Below, one piece after another: positions 61,658 through 64,000 of a stretch of 64,000 bases of DNA (its first letter is position 1; every line of letters begins with the position of its first letter). The notes beneath the pieces are model-generated. The model did not search any database. It was not told where the DNA came from and saw nothing but the letters and a program-made list of their open reading frames with translations. The stretch is from Mobula hypostoma (lineage: Eukaryota), in assembly GCF_963921235.1 (NCBI RefSeq), contig NC_086108.1, positions 45,820,001-45,884,000 on the forward strand. The letters are read 5' to 3'. A program made the translations under genes and the position numbers.

Positions 61658-64000
61658 TACACCCCCATACACCTGTGATACCGCCATTCTCTCATACTAT
61701 TAATTCCTCCTACAACCTCCTCTTCCCAAGGATTCTTCCACGCCACCCTTTCCCATGTCAACATGCTGCCCCTCGATGACTTGGGGTTACATAACCTTCC
61801 CTTTGGTTCTGCTACCAAAATGTAGCCGATCATAACAATAACGTGTTCAATGTAGTACCATTGAAAGTGTCCAAAGTCTGTTGTCTTTACCCATTTTCTG
61901 CTCCCTCCATAGCCTTTTTATTCACTTTCAACAAATACCATCTTCTGTCCTGTTTCAACATGACCTCTGGTTCTAGTTGGATTTTCTGTCCTGTTTTCTC
62001 TCGCTGATGGGCAATGTGTGTAATTCTCAAATTATATACATGTTTTTCTCTCTGTCCGATCTCTGCAGTCCCCAGGCACTTCTCTATCCTTTCTCAATCC
62101 AGACTGTGAGGCATCAAGACATTTAGTATTTTCTATCAGTCGAACAACATTTTGAGATGATTTGCATGATATCAATTCTTCTAACACTACTGCACTGAAA
62201 TATTTTTGAAAACCTTATGGAATTGCAGGTTTGGTGGGTTTTTAACATTCAAGTCTTAAACCATGAAACTGTGATAGGTGGCTTGGAAAAGAGAAATAGA
62301 TGAAATAATTGCACTTGTGGCTTGCAAGTCTCTTTTAGGTTCCTAATGTAGCTCCTGATTTGAAGGTTTTCTTTTGTTCTTAGGGAGGCTATAGAGTAAT
62401 TAAAGTGATTTCTTGTGTCTTGGGAAAACATTTTGGAAAAGAGGGTACGTTAAAAGGTATTATTGAAATTTTCTGGACTCTGAAGGGATTTGTTAAAACG
62501 GATCCAGCCAAATTTATTTCCCAATGAAACAGGGCATAGCTACCGGTACAAGTTTTAAAAGTGGAATAGTGGATGAGTTTTACCAAAAGGATAAGAGATT
62601 TGTGAAATCAGTTGCTAGGAAGTTGTCAGAATGTGAATGGTGACATGATATTTGCATGTACTGTACTTCTATGAATGGATTAGTTTGATTTTAGTGGAAC
62701 GTGAAACCACAATCAACCAAATAATGGCTAATAAATAGTGACTAGTAAAAAATATTTTTTGTTTAATTTGTTACCTTCTCTTCAGCAATCTGTGTGTTTA
62801 TTTTTATTCAGCCCCATGCTCGCTGCCTTATGTTTGTTATCACATGATGCACTAGTAGGGTGGATTCTGATGATAACCAAGTTGCCCAGGTGACACAGTG
62901 GCAACTGGAAAGCCTCCATGTAGCTGGGGTCTGCATAGTATAGCAATACAATAACGGGTAGCTAAGAAACATGCTTTTGAATCTGACCTTGCTGCAGAAA
63001 GTTTAAGCACGAGGTTGTGAGGCTTCCATAGTGCCATTTGTTCCACTGTAGTCAAGCTTTCTGGCCTCCAATTTAACTCGTATTAGACATAGTTCACGCA
63101 CAGTTATTGAAGGCTTGAAATGGGAAATGTGATTTGCTTGGGGGGGGGTGGGAGGTGGAGTTCTCATTGTAATGTAGCACTACATTCACACCGAGCTAAA
63201 AGATGCGTCCTCTTTTTATTTCCTTGACCCGTTTGAGTTTCATGCATTATTTCATTTGAATAGCAAGTATTCAAATGAACTTCTTTTGCCTCTCATAGAC
63301 CCTGCTTTCTGCCGGCCCCAAAGCCTGTCTGCAGTTCAAGGCCAAATGTGGCTCTTGTATGCTGCAACTTGCTCTCAACAAGCTCAACGTACAACTGGAA
63401 TGAAATCAATGACCTTCCTAGTGAGACTATACTTTATTTTAGCAATGTAATAACCTGTAAACGCTGTTCATTTTCTTAAGAAAGGTTCCTTTCCCACTGA
63501 TATTTCTCCTGCTGTAATATTTGTAAAGCGGACCGAGGTTTAAAGCTCTTTGTGCTCAGTTACAATATGCTAATACATATTACTGTATTTGCAGTTTCCT
63601 ACTTTTCCTGAGTGGGTTTTGGGAAATCATGGTGTAAAATATTGCCAAACAAATCAAGGAAAAAGTTGAGAGATGGGAGTGGAGGGAGAGACTCACAGTT
63701 TGAGCTGTGGTATGTGCTGAGTCAGCAGAGAGTGCAGTTGTTAATACTGAAACCCCTACAACTGAAACAGACACGTTTATTGTGCCTCATCACTGGCCAT
63801 ATTTTTCTGGTTGTCAGCTATAATGCACAGCACAGTATATCCATACCCTTGTGCAAGATTCAGGGGCAACTAAAGAAAGGGGCTGGACAAGTAACCTTCC
63901 TGTTTATAAATGAAATAGTAGAACAGCTTTGTTATTGGTTGAAGTTAGCAGCAGGTCACCGAGTTTCATGAGAACTTGCCACACCCTTTAAAAGAAAACT

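Larger units (their letters stand above)
6912..64000 (+). other. Large intron (>57 kb, runs past window end)
   Basis: GTGAGT donor at 6912; no second LDLa exon (expected PKKTC-like start) recognised downstream by eye or in the ORF track. Confidence 0.65.

Noticed and set aside
61148..61678. 176-aa ORF
   Set aside because: Antisense to a non-autonomous RTE-like element; no recognisable domain.
62790..62856. Candidate next exon after TTTTATTCAG (62811)
   Set aside because: Phase-1 frame hits a stop within ~15 codons and lacks the LDLa pattern.

Overview
Vertebrate genomic DNA, AT-rich and repeat-dense. The repeat families (CR1-type LINEs, Penelope-like elements, Rex1/Babar, a V-SINE-like element) suggest a cartilaginous fish, probably a ray (inference). 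The only host coding sequence I can support is the start of an LDL-receptor-family gene on the + strand, most likely LRP8/ApoER2. It consists of a signal-peptide exon (6269-6320) and a 120-nt LDLa-repeat exon (6792-6911) in a CpG-enriched region. I found no further exon, so 6912-64000 appears to be one intron of more than 57 kb. Transposable elements fill it and the upstream flank: many decayed CR1 LINEs, Penelope-like remnants with degenerate minimal hammerhead ribozymes, a BEL/Pao LTR retrotransposon with nested Penelope and young L1 insertions, solo LTRs, Rex1- and RTE-derived non-autonomous retroposons, Tigger/pogo and mariner DNA transposons, and tRNA-derived SINEs. The most notable observations are (i) small TSD-flanked fold-back retroposons built from head-to-head Penelope/hammerhead termini, (ii) a Tigger MITE that closely resembles mammalian MER2/Tigger3 (possible horizontal transfer), (iii) two long DNA palindromes inside other elements, and (iv) an overlapping uORF and an upstream splice acceptor at the gene start. 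Family assignments come from motif recognition by eye, not from searches. Boundaries of decayed elements are approximate.
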